Source of the DNA: Eledone cirrhosa
Taxonomy: Eukaryota
DNA: 64,000 nt
Direction: 5' to 3'
Assembly: GCA_964016885.1 (NCBI GenBank)
Contig: OZ024746.1
Span: 42,222,001 to 42,286,000 of the forward strand
The notes below the pieces were generated by a model that saw nothing but the letters and a program-made list of their open reading frames with translations, searched no databases and had not been told where the DNA came from. Positions 11,974 to 25,040 of this stretch are shown piece after piece (positions within the stretch are counted from its first letter, which is position 1; each line of letters begins with the position of its first letter). The translations under genes were made by a program, and so were the position numbers.

Positions 11974-12699
11974 AGTGGATATAATATAACGATGGTTTGA
12001 ATACTGTAGAATAATAGGGATAAAATAATTGCTTATGTGGTGGATAACCTTTTAAATGTAGTCTAGAATGTATGTTCTTAATGTATGTTTGTGTGTGAGT
12101 GATGAAAGGGCACCATCCCTGATATATAAGTTAGAGTAAACTATATAATCTTGTTTGCCTTAATATTTCTAGTTAAAAATAAGATCAACTTGAAAGTTTG
12201 AAGCTCTAACTCTCCAAACTCTTTCTTCTCCTTTCTCAGTCTACAATCTATATTTTCATTTTAATCTCCTCATATACTAATACGATTATTTAGGTAATAG
12301 AAACTATCTGTTACTTCTAACAAACTGATTGAGCAGTTCATGCTAATCCTTCTTAGTATATCGAAATAAGTTGTTTTTTTATCTGCCAGAGATCCCATTG
12401 TATTATTCCTCAAAAGCCAATCTACTTGTGCTTACACAGAGAAATGGTTGTAAAATGGTAAACTGGATATACAGCTATGGTATAATTCTTTCTAAAGTGT
12501 GGAACTTATATAACTAAGACTCTCATTTCTTGGCTAGAACATTTTAAATTACTACATCAAAAAATATATTAATAGAAATTTCATGTAAAGAATTTTAGTA
12601 GTTTAAGATAACACTATTTCTAAAAAAAATCAATTCTATTTAAATATGCATAGAAAAGAGAAATGCATAAGTAAAATATAATAATAAAAGATATTTTTA

Positions 12700-12861
12700 G
12701 GCATCCAGCCACAGAAACTATGCCAAAAATTGGAATATACTAGCAAGACATAGTCCTCCGACCTGTCTAGGAGGTCAGTATCTCCAAAGAAGAACTAACT
12801 GTAATGACCCGTCCAACCTATACCAGCATGGGAAGCAGAGATAAATTGATGTTGATGAAGA

Positions 12862-12865
<4 letters not shown>
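12700..12865 (+). mobile_element. RTE-tailed non-autonomous repeat, 3' part, followed by (TA)n
   Basis: ggcatccagccacagaaac..gacccgtccaacctataccagcatggg..gatgttgatgaagatga, then a TA run from 12865 to 12985. Confidence 0.7.
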
Positions 12866-12936
<71 letters not shown>

Positions 12937-15900
12937 TATATATATTACATATATATATATTACATATGTATATACATATATATTTCTTTAATGTACTGTG
13001 TTATTTGCTTTGTTATTTCTGTTTACCTTTTACATACATGTGTGTGTGTGTGCCTGAAAATGTCTACAGAAAAGTATTAATATTTAATATGTAGCTGTAA
13101 TATAAATCAGCCTGACTTTAAGTTTTGTATCTTTTCATAAATGGGCTAATTATTTCATGCAAATAAACAAAACATAGCAACCAATAAATTGGATATTTTC
13201 ACCACCATTCAAAGAAATATTTATAAATTAATGCTTATTTTGAATGCTCCTAAAACATTTAATTACTTAATATGATTACACAATGTTGTGTAAATAATCA
13301 TATATGTTTCTTACATTTAATACATATAATATATGAAATTATTGGCAGATGTAGCTATTTTTATTGTATATTGTAGTTTGTTTTCTGTCTTTTTACCAGA
13401 AGAGCACATTTGTTTTCTTACAGTTTTTAATGAAAGTATGTTAACAGTTATTATCTAATCTTACCTAGATATACACCTTGTTTTACTGTGTTACAGAAAT
13501 TAGATTCAAATGTTACTGCTCTGTATATCAGAGAAGCCGCAAAGATTAGTGAAAGTGAAGAAAGGAAACAATTTTACCAATGGTGTATTATTGCTATCAC
13601 TAGATCAAACAAAATATTCAAGTATTCTAAGAACTAGCACATGTTCTAGCAACACAAACAAACAGGCAAATACTTTAAACATATTAACATCTATTGTTTA
13701 GAATAATTTCATTAGCAGATCTTATAAGAATTTCACAGAACAACAAATTTCCCTCATCCTCTGAGAGAAAACGAAATATAAATGTGTTCTGGTGGAAGTG
13801 CAGTCTTAACTAATTTGATACAAACTATACTGTATCATGAAATTGCGATAGTGTTTTGCTTCCATCCCAACAGCTATCTTTGCAATTTTGATTTTAGATA
13901 ACTGTAAACACATTCTTTTTGAAAGGATAGTATCAGAAAGTGTTGGAAGTCGAACAGGTATGAGAACATAGAGAATAACAGCAATATAATCGCATATATG
14001 ACATCAAAGCAATTATAGTCTGGTTAAGAATGTTTGCTGATATTTTTTATGTTTCTCCGCCCCATCATCTCTGAACAAAAGGCTCTAAAAACTGAAAGTA
14101 GTGTGTACTTAGGTTAATGTAGGTACAGATGCTAGTTGAAAAGAGCAATAATTGGTTCAAAGGTTTTTCGTACAAGCTCATCAATGGAAAGGATGAATAA
14201 ATGCTATTGATATTGGCATATGTTTGGATTATAAAAAATACTAGAAACTATAAATATACATTTGCATAAGTAAACTGTATACAATATACATAAAATAGAT
14301 AAGACAAATAAAATGTAAGTTGTGTCAACAATACTGTTGATGATTAGATTAATGTTAGGTGTTGTATAGATATTGCTTCTGCCACATCTTTCATGGCCTT
14401 CTAAATGCTTTATTGAAGCAAGAATTTAAATGTATGTTTCCATACTAAACAACCATTTCTTCAGTGAGGGTGCTCTATGATCATAAATACATCTAACAAT
14501 CTCATACAACTATTTTCTTGAACAAACTGCCTGTTATATTGTTATTAAGCAATGTTGGTTTGTCTACAGCAGATGGCCTGTCTTTGTATACAGCTGGGAT
14601 AATTGAAGGGGAGTGCAACATCTCAGACATAGGAGTTATTTTTCTATTGTATGTATATGGACATTGAAAAGGGTCTGTCAAGGGATTGTCATTAAATTTT
14701 TTTTTTCATTGAATGTAGTAATTTGTTATATTAGTGGTATGATGAGGACATTGTGATTTATAATAGTTCCTTCTAACATGGGTAGAATGAGGAGGGAGGT
14801 ATTTTAAGGGTTTCTTAAAAAGAGTGGAGTGACAATATATTCCTTATTTTTCAGTAACGTTAACACTCATTTGATGATTTGAGACACGTAAATAAAGATT
14901 TTGAACTATGGTAAAAAAGAAGGTTGAAGTGAATTATGATGGCAAAACATTAGAAAGGTATGGAGGAGAGTATAATAAACTTTCTTTAAACTGTAGATAG
15001 AATGTGGTTGATGAAAATAGCACCTAGCTGTAAATGGTTCTAAAGATTATTGGAATTAATGGGCAGAAATTATAAATATAACATAGTAACACAGTTAGAA
15101 GAGATAAGACATTATTTGAGAAAGTAGTTAACCTAAAAGATCAATGGTGGTTACAGTTCACAAGTTAAAAATGTTAGAAATGTTGATGTCTTAATGTCAT
15201 CAACATTTTTTATTCTATGTATTCCAAGAGCCAGCAGAGTTACCAGTAGAATCTGCTTTAATATATGAAAGGTTACTTGACAAGGTGGTCTGTTAAGGAA
15301 ATGTGGGTTGATTATAATTGTATTTCATCAACTTCTTGATAGTAAGAACATTTCAATATTTAAATCATGAAACCGTCAGAATTAACTAGTAGATGAAATC
15401 ATGACTTTACCAGGTTAAGTGACTTTACCCAGGGACACACTAACAGAGCATATATAGAGAATCATTTGCTGATATTGTAATTATGATGTTGTACTGTTAG
15501 TGAATATTAAGACAGTATATTAGATGATGATTTCACAACACCTTAGAATCATTCCTTAAAGTAAAACAATACTCTTTGATTGCAATGCTGCTGAAAACAT
15601 ATTTCATAACAAACTAATGTGAGAGTCTCTGCTATAAATAGCAACCAAATCTCCCTACAATTACACCTGCCATCATAAAGAGAAAGGAACACTAGTCTTA
15701 GATGTACATTACTCAAATAATATTTTATAATAAAAGACAGGTTGCTCATAATTGGAATGTCTTACATTATAGGTCTGCTCAGTTAGAGCTAACCTAGGGA
15801 TAAAACAACTACATTTCATAAAGTTCACACGATTCCTGAAACACACTGTAAGAATTTTAGCTGTGCATATTTTTGTGCAGTGTTGAGATAAATTATATTA

Positions 15901-17362
15901 AAATAGATCCAATGAAGCTTTAATAAAAATTGTTTATTGTTTACTTATAGCACATCTTTTTGCATAAGATGGCTGTAATATATTTTCACTTTTGTTAACT
16001 TACTATTTGGATATTTAAGGATGAATCTAATGCTTGCAAGTTGTTTTCCTCTATGCTTAATATAACAGCCTTGATGAATGTTAAAGATTTGTGTTCGTTG
16101 AAAACAATTTCAATCCTTAAATATTCTGTCATGAAATTACTGAATCAAGATTTCATATAACCATCATGTATCAATTCCCTTCAATCTAAAAAAATAACTA
16201 AAATTGAAATCTCTTTTTTTAGATAAGTATTTACCATTACAGTTTTATCATACTCTTTTATTCTTTTACCTCATTCAGCCCATTGTCTGTGTCCATGTTG
16301 GGGCATTGCCATATATTTATTTTTATTTACAAAATTATATTAATGATTGTTTTGTAATATGATTGAGATATAGATATAAAAAGTTGCTATGACTTTTTTG
16401 TTTTGCTTGTTTGAAACTGCATAAAATTTACTGTTTATTCATAAACTGAAATACATTTGAGATGCCCCAAAATGTTATGTATCATTAAGAAACAAAATCA
16501 AGTATGGGGTAACTTTTATAAAATTCTGAGAGATAAAGATATTTCCATATTAACATTATTTAGGTGTCAAAAAGAAAAACTTGAGACCTTTTGAAATTCC
16601 ACATATCTTTTTAAAACATGGGAAGTAGGTGGTTTGCTATTCTACTATTTTGGCTGTTTATCAAAATTAAAAGGTGTTGGATGGCATTGAACCAATTTTC
16701 AATACTGAAACTTCAGCCAGTGAAACATTTCTGAATAATCAATTTGGAATTCAGTGGGGAAATTCTTTTTTCAAAAAAAGTTGAGTTATTTAGGAAACAT
16801 ATTTTCTTTTATTACTCTTTATTATCCCTGTATTGTACTCGTGGGATGGTTCTGCCTTGAGCAACAATGGGGAGAATAACTGAATGAATTAGTAATGTGG
16901 TTACTAAACATTACAATTTCTACTCTAGCTAAAATTGAGGTGGGATGTGTCTTTTTAAAAAGAGTTTCCAAGCAATCAACAGCATTTCAAACCAATCAAT
17001 AGGGTAGTGTCAAAAGATGTTTCTCCTGAAAGACACAATATACATTTTATATATCTGTGTATATTTTAATTATTGAGTATACCTTATATATTTTCACATT
17101 TCAATATAATGAAAATGTATGTAAAAAAGTTTAACTGAAATGGTGCTAATTATAATTTTAACCCAGTAAGTCCAGAAAACGTATTGGACATTATAAAGCT
17201 TACTATATTTAATATTGATCTAGTCTATGTAGGTTACATAAGAGTTATGAAATAGGAAGCAGAAAAATATTGCAAACAATCAATAGAATATTACAAAAGT
17301 ATTATTTTGTTAATTGAGGAAAATAAATTGTATGCTGAGGAAGAAGATAATGTGTAATAGAA

Positions 17363-17700
17363 GTTGTTGTTGTTGTTGTGGTTGTTGTTGTTGTTGTTGT
17401 TGTTGTTGTTCTTCTTCTTCTTCTTCTTCTTCTTCTTCTTCTTCTTCTTCTTCTTCTTCTTCTTCCTGAAAGGGTCAAGGGGGCTGTGTCCTCAAACACT
17501 CCTTCGAGTGGGTCCTATCAGAAGCAACCATCTCCAACTGATCTGGCTGGGTCCCCAAGTGTGACCAGCCAAGCTCATGGATGTCATCAAAACGTCTTGC
17601 TCAGGATCTACCCCTGGGTCTCTTGCCGGTTGGTTTTGATCGTAAAATATGTCCAGTGATTCTTTCCTGAGACATTCTAACCACATGCCCATAGTAGTTC
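17363..17700 (-). mobile_element. RTE (Expander/Rex3-like) 3' fragment with (GAA)n(CAA)n tail
   Basis: Minus strand reads HVVRMSQER..PTGKRPRGRS..DDIHELGWSHLG..LEMVASDR..QPP*P, directly followed by the (CTT)n/(GTT)n tract at 17363-17465. Confidence 0.75.
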
Positions 17701-18009
17701 ACAGTAGCAAACAGAGTTAAAGATATTTATATTATAATGTATATTTGAAAAAATATATGATAATAGTTTGTAGTAGTTAATGTATAGTAAAATTATAATG
17801 ACAAATCAGGACAAGAACATCTAAATGAAAAATCAAGAAACAAAAAAGAAAAAAACAACTAGAACTACACGAAAATTGCAGTATTAGTTTATTTTCTGTC
17901 TGTAGAAGATTTCATATTTTTCTTTTGAGATCCTGCAGCAAATTTGTATGAGTCAGAGCATGCTTTTGGTGCAAACAAGTTTTAGTATGTAATTGTCAAT
18001 ATTTTTTCT

Positions 18010-18215
18010 GTTATTTTATTTAGGCGAAGATCAGTCCTGATCAAGCTAACCTAGCATTGAAGGCATTACAGCCTTAGCCATCATATCCTTCTTCCAACAC
18101 AGTACCAGTTTTAACTGACTTATCCAATAGGTTCTTTTTAAAGATGATCAGATGTTATTTAGGTGATATTTGCTTGATATTTCAACATATCAAATGACTA
18201 TACAGAAGTCCCTTA
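18010..18215 (+). mobile_element. Unclassified old interspersed repeat (family S4)
   Basis: Similar to 60735-60925 (+) and 34220-34415 (-): cctgatcaagc..ttatccaat..gatatttg.ctg.tattt..ca.atcaa.tgacta. Confidence 0.45.
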
Positions 18216-18894
18216 TGAGGTAAAATAAAAGAAATTCTTCGTTATTTTTCTTATTATTTTCTATTAAATACAAGAATATTTAATAAATTTATTCATATTT
18301 TTATTCTGTAAAATACAAAAGTATTTTTTTTTTAAGGTAAAATAAGATAAATTATTCAATTTCTGTCAATGGCTGGAAGGTGAATAACAGAAAAGGAGAT
18401 AAGATATGACAAATTATTCAATTCCTTTCAACAGCCATTTCTTAAATAAAAGAAAATGAAATAACTCACAGTTAAAATGCTCACCAGGTGATTAGGTGAA
18501 ATTTTAGCAACAATTCTTTCTTCAGTTGATCTTCGCTAGTATTCTGGGTAGTTTACGTCAATCAATGCTTCTTTGTTTCCTTTATGGATTTGATCAATCT
18601 TATGTTTATTGTCGCTAACACTCACTTAATATTTTGTGTGCGTACATGAATGAGAAGATCAACAAAGTACTGAGTGGGATTGATAACATAATGATAAACC
18701 CCAACAACTTTTCAAATATTGCTGTATATAAATTATTAAAATGACTTAAACATGTTAATGTTTTGTACATGTACAATGTTTTGGCAAATTATTGTCATCT
18801 TATTGTCAAATCCCCAAAAGTGAATTACTGTAGTCTGTACAATATTTTTATTTGTGTAAAATTCTTTTTCAACTTGTTAGGCAGGTTTCAGTAT

Positions 18895-19350
18895 TTATTT
18901 ATTTATTTATCAAATAATTTATACGGCCGTATAGAGCTAGTAAGTCATGACAGACTAAGGGAAGTATTGAGTACTCCTTACAGTTGGTAATCAAAAAGAG
19001 CTAGTGAGACAAGTAATAAAAAAAAAAGGGCCAATGGGAGGCAGATTATGCATAAGAAAATGAAAAAGAAAAGGGAAATAGGAAACAAGGGAAACAATAA
19101 AACAGAAGTTTCTGTTGTTGAATCTTTTCATAGCTTCCATGTACTCAAACAGTTTGTTTATATTTTGTAGACCTGTAATCATATATTGAAATTCCAATCT
19201 TGGTAGTTTTTTAAAGATTGGTTTCAATATGGCCTGTCTCTCAGACTGATAGTTTCTACATGAGAACAAATTAGGTAAATTTTGCTATGCTGATAACATC
19301 TAACAGACAGAAACATGTCTATAGTTACTCATCACTGGCCAACAAAGATC
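18895..19350 (-). mobile_element. Possible LINE 3' end (I/Nimb- or L2-like), degenerate
   Basis: Minus ORF ..LFSCRNYQSERQAIL..LFEYMEAMKRF resembles LINE C-terminal knuckle regions and ends in ggccgtataaa..(ATAA)n. Confidence 0.4.
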
Positions 19351-20119
19351 AAACTTTTCCCTAAATATGTGAATCAAAAAATTATTATTATTTTAAAAAA
19401 TTATTATTATTTTATTCTTTTACTGGTTTTCACATTCCTTTGATCACTCCATTATTACCTCTGATCCAGTAATGTTGATGGATAATTTCATTAAAAGAAA
19501 TTACTTCATTTTGTGCACAGCTGGAGGGTAAATGTTTCAATTTTTCTATTTTAACATCTGGAGAAGTTTCAGCCAAAACTTTTGCCAAGCCTCTGAATGA
19601 ATTATAGCAGTCAATTCAAAGAGAGAATTGAACCTTTTAATCACAGGAACATTTCTCACAGTCAATTTCCTCCAGTATTCTGCAAGATAGCTCCTGAAAA
19701 AATGCTGATTCATGAGTTACACTGACAGAAAAGTTTGAGATGATAATTTCAGCCCAGCTATATAATTTACCATTGAATTCCTCTGATATTCTGTGAATTG
19801 GCTCTTTCACTCTTAGATTAGAATTTGTTTCTTTTGAATATTTCATTTGACTTAATTGGATATATTCTGCTATTTTTACCTTTGATCATGAGTTAAAATT
19901 TAATAATTTCTTTCATTTTTCTTCATAAAAGATTATGAAAAACTTTCAATTGAATATCATCTATAAAATTAAATATTATTTTTTATTTAGCTAATTGAAA
20001 TTCCAAAAGGTATCCTGGCAGGCAGCAAACAAGCAAATTCAGCCAATCAAAATTTTTGTTGAGATTGACCATATAATTTCTATTGTATTCAATGAACTGA
20101 CATTTTTGCTTTTGCAATC

Positions 20120-20540
20120 CTTTTATTCTTTCACTGGTTCCAGCTATTAGACTGTGGCCATACTGTGGCACCATCTTCAAAACTCAAAACATTTAGTCAA
20201 TTATATCAGCCCCAATGCACTCATTTTCAAAAGCTTAGCACATATTAATCTTTATTTTGTCCAACTGCTAAGTGACCTGATATATACAAACAATAAATGT
20301 GACCAGACATAAAATTCTACACATAATCAAATATATTTATGCACTCTCTTGCACACACATACACACATACATACATACAGACATACATGCATACACACAC
20401 ACACACACACGTATGTGTATGTATGAGCTTTCACAGAGCTTCTGTCTACCAACTACCAAATTCCATTGAAAAACCATTGGTCAGCCTGAGTCAATAATAA
20501 AAAACACTTGCAAAAAGCAAGCTCCTTAACCAAACAGATA
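20120..20540 (-). mobile_element. Old tRNA/CORE-like SINE (family S2) with internal (CA/TA) tract
   Basis: Plus strand shows the tail ttttattctttcactggttccagctattagactgtggcca and, after the CA tract, gtctaccaa..ttggtcagcctgag..acacttgc. Related pieces lie at 16250-16310, 26160-26305 and 30470-30620. Confidence 0.6.
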
Positions 20541-20994
20541 CGACTAAACTTTTTACTTTTATTTAGTGTGTAGCATAATATTCCAACCTTTCTATCAAAG
20601 TGGCAGAACCATAGTTCTATTATTTAATTTTTTATCAGCTATAATTCAAATGCATTCGTGTGTTTTATATTGAATAATAATATTCGATTTGTTTGCAAGC
20701 AAACAGCCTCATCACGCTATGTTTTATAGATGGCCATCACCATCCTTTTGTTCTAGCGGTGACAGAGAAATAATTGTCAATAATATTGTTTCTGAGTTAT
20801 TGCCCTTTGTCAAGATTGTATATCTTCTGTCACGCAGTAGAAATCTTGAGAATATATAGTATTCTTTAAAGTATACATCAGCTGGTTAGTCTAATTCGCA
20901 TACCGTGCAATTTTACGGCTGGTTTTGCCAAAAATTAAAAACAAAATTAGAATTTAGTTTTTTTCTGTAACATAGCCAATTAGGTTAATCACCA

Positions 20995-21575
20995 GATATG
21001 CAAAAGAGTGCTACTTAGCTACTTGTTGAAACTATTGTGTCGGTGCTAGGATGAGGGAACAGTCCTGCAAGACATGACAGGCTGCAACATTGTCACCCTC
21101 TATAAGAACAAAGGGTGCAGAATCGACTGCAATAGCTACTCAGGCATCTCACTGCTAAATGTTGTTGAGAAGATCTTTGTCCACGTGGTCCTGCACAGAC
21201 TACCGAAAATTGCTGAGAGTGTGTACCCCAAAATCTCAGTGTGGTTTCAGGTCAGAATGCTCCACTATTGACCTGATCAACTCCCCTCCACAACTACAGA
21301 AATGCTGAGAGCAAAGGCAACCACTCTTACATTACTACACAAAGGCATTCAATCTAGTTAGTAGAGATGGCCTATTCTAAATCCTTGCCAGGATTGGTTG
21401 TCCTCCAAGACGTCTTAGGATAGTGCAGATATGAAAAGTGTCATTCAATTTGATGGCTCTTCTTCAAAGGCATTTAACATATGCAGCAGTTTGAAGCAGG
21501 GCTGTGTGCTAGCCCCCACCCTGTTTGGCATCTTTATCACTGTCATGCTGTAACATATATTTGAAAGATAACAGC
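20995..21575 (+). mobile_element. RTE-BovB-like reverse transcriptase fragment, degenerate
   Basis: NIVTLYKNKG.RIDCNSYSGISLL..VEKIF..ESVYP.SQCGFR..STID..TKAFNLVSRDGL..IGCPP..LKQGCVLAPTLFGIF. Confidence 0.85.
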
Positions 21576-22263
21576 TGCATAAAGACCTGCAGAGTAAACC
21601 TGGTGGCTGGGATCTGTGGAAGAAGCAGACCTGGGAAGACATGGAATGAGGTTATGAAAACCGACCTTAAAAAACAGAAGTGACTAATGACTGTGAGAGC
21701 TGAGGAAGCAGTGCTGAGGAAGACCTGACTTACAGCATACAATGTGACCTGAAATACCTCCATCCCCCTGCCTCCACTAGCACACCCCCCAACAGTTATC
21801 CTCAATATCACTACTTCAACCCCACCATGCATGCCACCCCCATTCTTAGCAACCGTCTCTGTCCCGTGAAGTGGCTAGTGATGAGAAGAGCATTCAGCCA
21901 TGGAGGGCTAAATAAATGAATGGTTGAGAGGACCTTTCAGTCATGTCAAGGATATAACAGCCTCACATGTATTTCGTGATCTCCATGATAAATGCACCCA
22001 GTACATGATGTAAAGTTCTTGGAGATAGGAAGGGCATCAAACCATAGAAAGCTTGTCAAGCAAAGGGTCAGGAGGACCCCTAGTTGTGTCAAAGACCTCT
22101 CCTGTGCACTTGCTAGAGCATCGACAGTACATAAAGTAAGACACAGATTCCTGGCCTGCGTGGGATACCAGTGGCTCTGCTTCAGTACTGACTTGGTCTA
22201 TGCAGACCCATTCAACCCTTGCTGGCAAGGAAAGCAGACATTAAAACAATGATGACAATGATG
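21576..22263 (+). mobile_element. Old RTE 3' ORF fragment with long 3' extension and RTE tail
   Basis: GRSRPGKTWNEVMKTDL at about 21615-21670, then a C-rich tract, and a tail cccttgctggcaaggaaagcagacattaaaacaatgatgac. Confidence 0.65.
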
Positions 22264-22974
22264 TTTATTTTGTAAACAAAAATTTTAGATTAGAAATGAC
22301 TACTGAAGACACTTACAGTTATTTAAGTATCTTATTTGTTTTAACTGAAATTGCATTTACTGCTTTATAATATTTAATATTCCTTAGATGTAACAATGTA
22401 GCTATTATATATTTGTCAATCTCTATAGACGTGTGTTTGTATATTGTTTATGCGATGTAACCAGGATTACAACTTATACCTAAAGTTTTTGTGTAGCTTT
22501 CTTTTGGAATATACAGATTTAAGTGTGCAAAGTTCTTATATAGTTGTAATGTAGACATTTCGTTACTGAACTGGCTTTCCCAATTCTAAAATATTTTAAA
22601 GTAGACTTCATAAATACACTATTTTTACAAGGATACTTTCCTGAGAGAATATGTCTTTTTGTGTCAAAATGTCATCAAAGTCTAGACATTTGTCAGTTAG
22701 GATAGTTTGGCCTATTAAGCACCATTAAGTATCATTTCCATAGTGATTTTATTCAATTCTTTTGTAAGATATTGGATTTGCTTGTGTTCTAACGTGCCAA
22801 ATTTCAATTTAACAGTTTGACATTTCATGTTACTTATTTTATTTCATATGCTAGCATGGAAGATGGATGTTAAATGATGGTGATGATGACGATGATGCAT
22901 GGAAGGCTGAATACTCTCCACAATATACTACCAAGTGCAACTCACTCTCTTCAAGGCTAACCCCATAACATGAC

Positions 22975-23275
22975 ACTTGCTTTCCTGCAGTGCTGGTGCC
23001 AATACAAAAAGCACGCAGTCTCCTCTGTAAGGTAGTCATGCTGGTGCAATGACAAAAAACAACCATTCCACCCTGTAAGCAGCTGCTTGTGGTAGTACCA
23101 CAAAAAAAGCTCCCAGTACATGCTGTAATGTGGTTGGCATTAGCAAGGGCATTCAGTCATAGAAAACCAAGCCAAAAATGGATCATATGACCAAGACCTA
23201 ATCACCTGATCTGCCTAGCCGTACATGATAGCCTGCCTAACCCATGCAAGCATGGAAAATAGATGTTAAATGATT
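22975..23275 (+). mobile_element. RTE-tailed non-autonomous repeat with tandem modules
   Basis: Three gtgctggtgcc..aaaaagcac.cagt..ctgtaa modules, then cccatgcaagcatggaaaatagatgttaaatga. Confidence 0.7.
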
Positions 23276-23324
23276 AGGGGGGGGGGGTATAACAAAATCT
23301 GTCTTTGTTTGGTTTAGCATCTTT

Positions 23325-23450
23325 ATTATCACTATCATCAACACCATCACCACCACCACCACCACCATCATCGTCATCCTCATTATCACCATTATCATCA
23401 TCATCAACACCATCATCATCAACATCACCATCATTATCATCATCGTTTAA
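23325..23450. repeat. (CAT/CAC)n tract, probably a minus-strand RTE-type tail
   Basis: Ends in catcatcgtttaac, the reverse complement of gttaaacgatgatg. Confidence 0.7.
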
Positions 23451-23989
23451 CTTGTACAATTCTAACACTTTACCATTTATTTGAGCAATATGATCTGCTC
23501 AGTGAGATACGTTATATATTATGAGAGACTAGATTACAGGCGTTTCCTTTATGAGAATTATATGTCATTTATAGACTCTTTAAAACAACATCTCACGGTG
23601 GTAAACCTCCAGTCTTTTTGTAGTTACCACTTTCTGCTAACATTTTTTTTTTTGTCTTGTAATTTCCAATACCAAATCTATTCTCCTAATCCTCTTCTTC
23701 TTTTTCACTTGTCTACTTCATCATTCCCCTCCTCCTCCTCCTCCTCCTCCATCTCTTTCTCTCTTTTTGTTCCCTTTATCCTCCAACCCTACCCCACCAG
23801 CACCCCCCTCATCCCACTTCCACAGCCACCAGCACTACCACTGCTCCTCCTCTTTCTCCTCTTCTTTCCATTTCTACAAGCCCCTCCCTGTGAGACTCAG
23901 TTGTTATTCACAACTCACCAAGGCACTCTTTTGTTGCTACACACATCACTAGCTTCATCTCACCATATAAAGGCAAGTCAGCATCTTTA

Positions 23990-25040
23990 GTTTTGGCACC
24001 AATATAAAATACACCCAGAACACTATGTAAAAACATGATTATCACTGTAATATTGGTGCCACAAGAAACTACACCATATGATCTTTGTTCAGTGATTGGC
24101 ATTAAGAAGGACATATATAGCAGATGCCATGCTAAACATTGGAATGTTCAAACAAGTTGTAATCCTTCTGACCTATCTAAGGAAGACAGTATATGTGAAC
24201 AAGAGCTGGTTCAAACCAGAAGTCAGTATATCTGAACTAGAACTGGTTTAAACCAGAAGTCAGTATATCTGAACAAGAACTGGTTTAGACCAGAAGTCAG
24301 TATATCTGAACAAGAACTGGTTCAGACTAGAAGACAGTATATCTGAACAAGAACTGGTTCAGACCAGAAAACAGTATATCTGAACAAGAACTGGTTCAGA
24401 CCAGAAGTCAGTATTTCTGAACAAGAACTAGTTCAGACTAGAAGACAGTATAACTGAACTAGAACTGAACTGGTTTAGACCAGAAGTCAGTATTTCTGAA
24501 CAAGAACTGGTTCAGACTAGAAGACAGTATAACTGAACTAGAACTGAACTGGTTTAGACCAGAAGTCAGTATTTCTGAACAAGAACTGGTTCAGACTAGA
24601 AGACAGTATAACTGAACTAGAACTGAACTGGTTTAGACCAGAAGTCAGTATTTCTGAACAAGAACTAGTTCAGACTAGAAGACAGTATAACTGAACTAGA
24701 ACTGAACTGGTTTAGACCAGAAGTCAGTATTTCTGAACAAGAACTGGTTCAGACTAGAAGACAGTATAACTGAACTGGTTTAGACCAGAAGTCAGTATTT
24801 CTGAACAAGAACTGGTTCAGACCAAAAGACAGTATATCTGATCAAGAACTGAACTGATTCAGACCAGAATCAGTATATCTGAACTAGAACTGGTTCAGAC
24901 CAGAAGACAGTATATCTGAACAAGAATTGGTTCAGACCAGAAGACAGTATATCCGAACTAGAACTGAATTGGTATAGACTATAACAACTCGTCCAAACAA
25001 TGTCAGAAAGAAAATTGTATGTAAAATGATGATGATGACA
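23990..25040 (+). mobile_element. RTE-tailed non-autonomous repeat hosting an internal minisatellite
   Basis: Modules at 23990-24115 precede the array; gtccaaacaatgtcag..gtatgtaaaatgatgatga follows it. Confidence 0.65.
24181..24975. repeat. 37-bp minisatellite with 79-bp higher-order repeat
   Basis: Unit gaacaagaactggttcagaccagaagtcagtatatct starts at 24197, 24234, 24271, 24308, 24345 and 24382; a 37+42 dimer then starts at 24419, 24498, 24577, 24656 and 24735. Confidence 0.95.

Noticed and set aside
23481-23990. 169-aa hydrophobic, Pro-rich ORF
   Set aside because: It spans a pyrimidine-rich low-complexity tract in which stops are rare; no recognisable motif.
24181-24975. CRISPR-like array (37-bp partly palindromic repeats)
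   Set aside because: Units are contiguous with no unique spacers, no cas genes are present, the context is eukaryotic, and the unit derives from the host retroelement.
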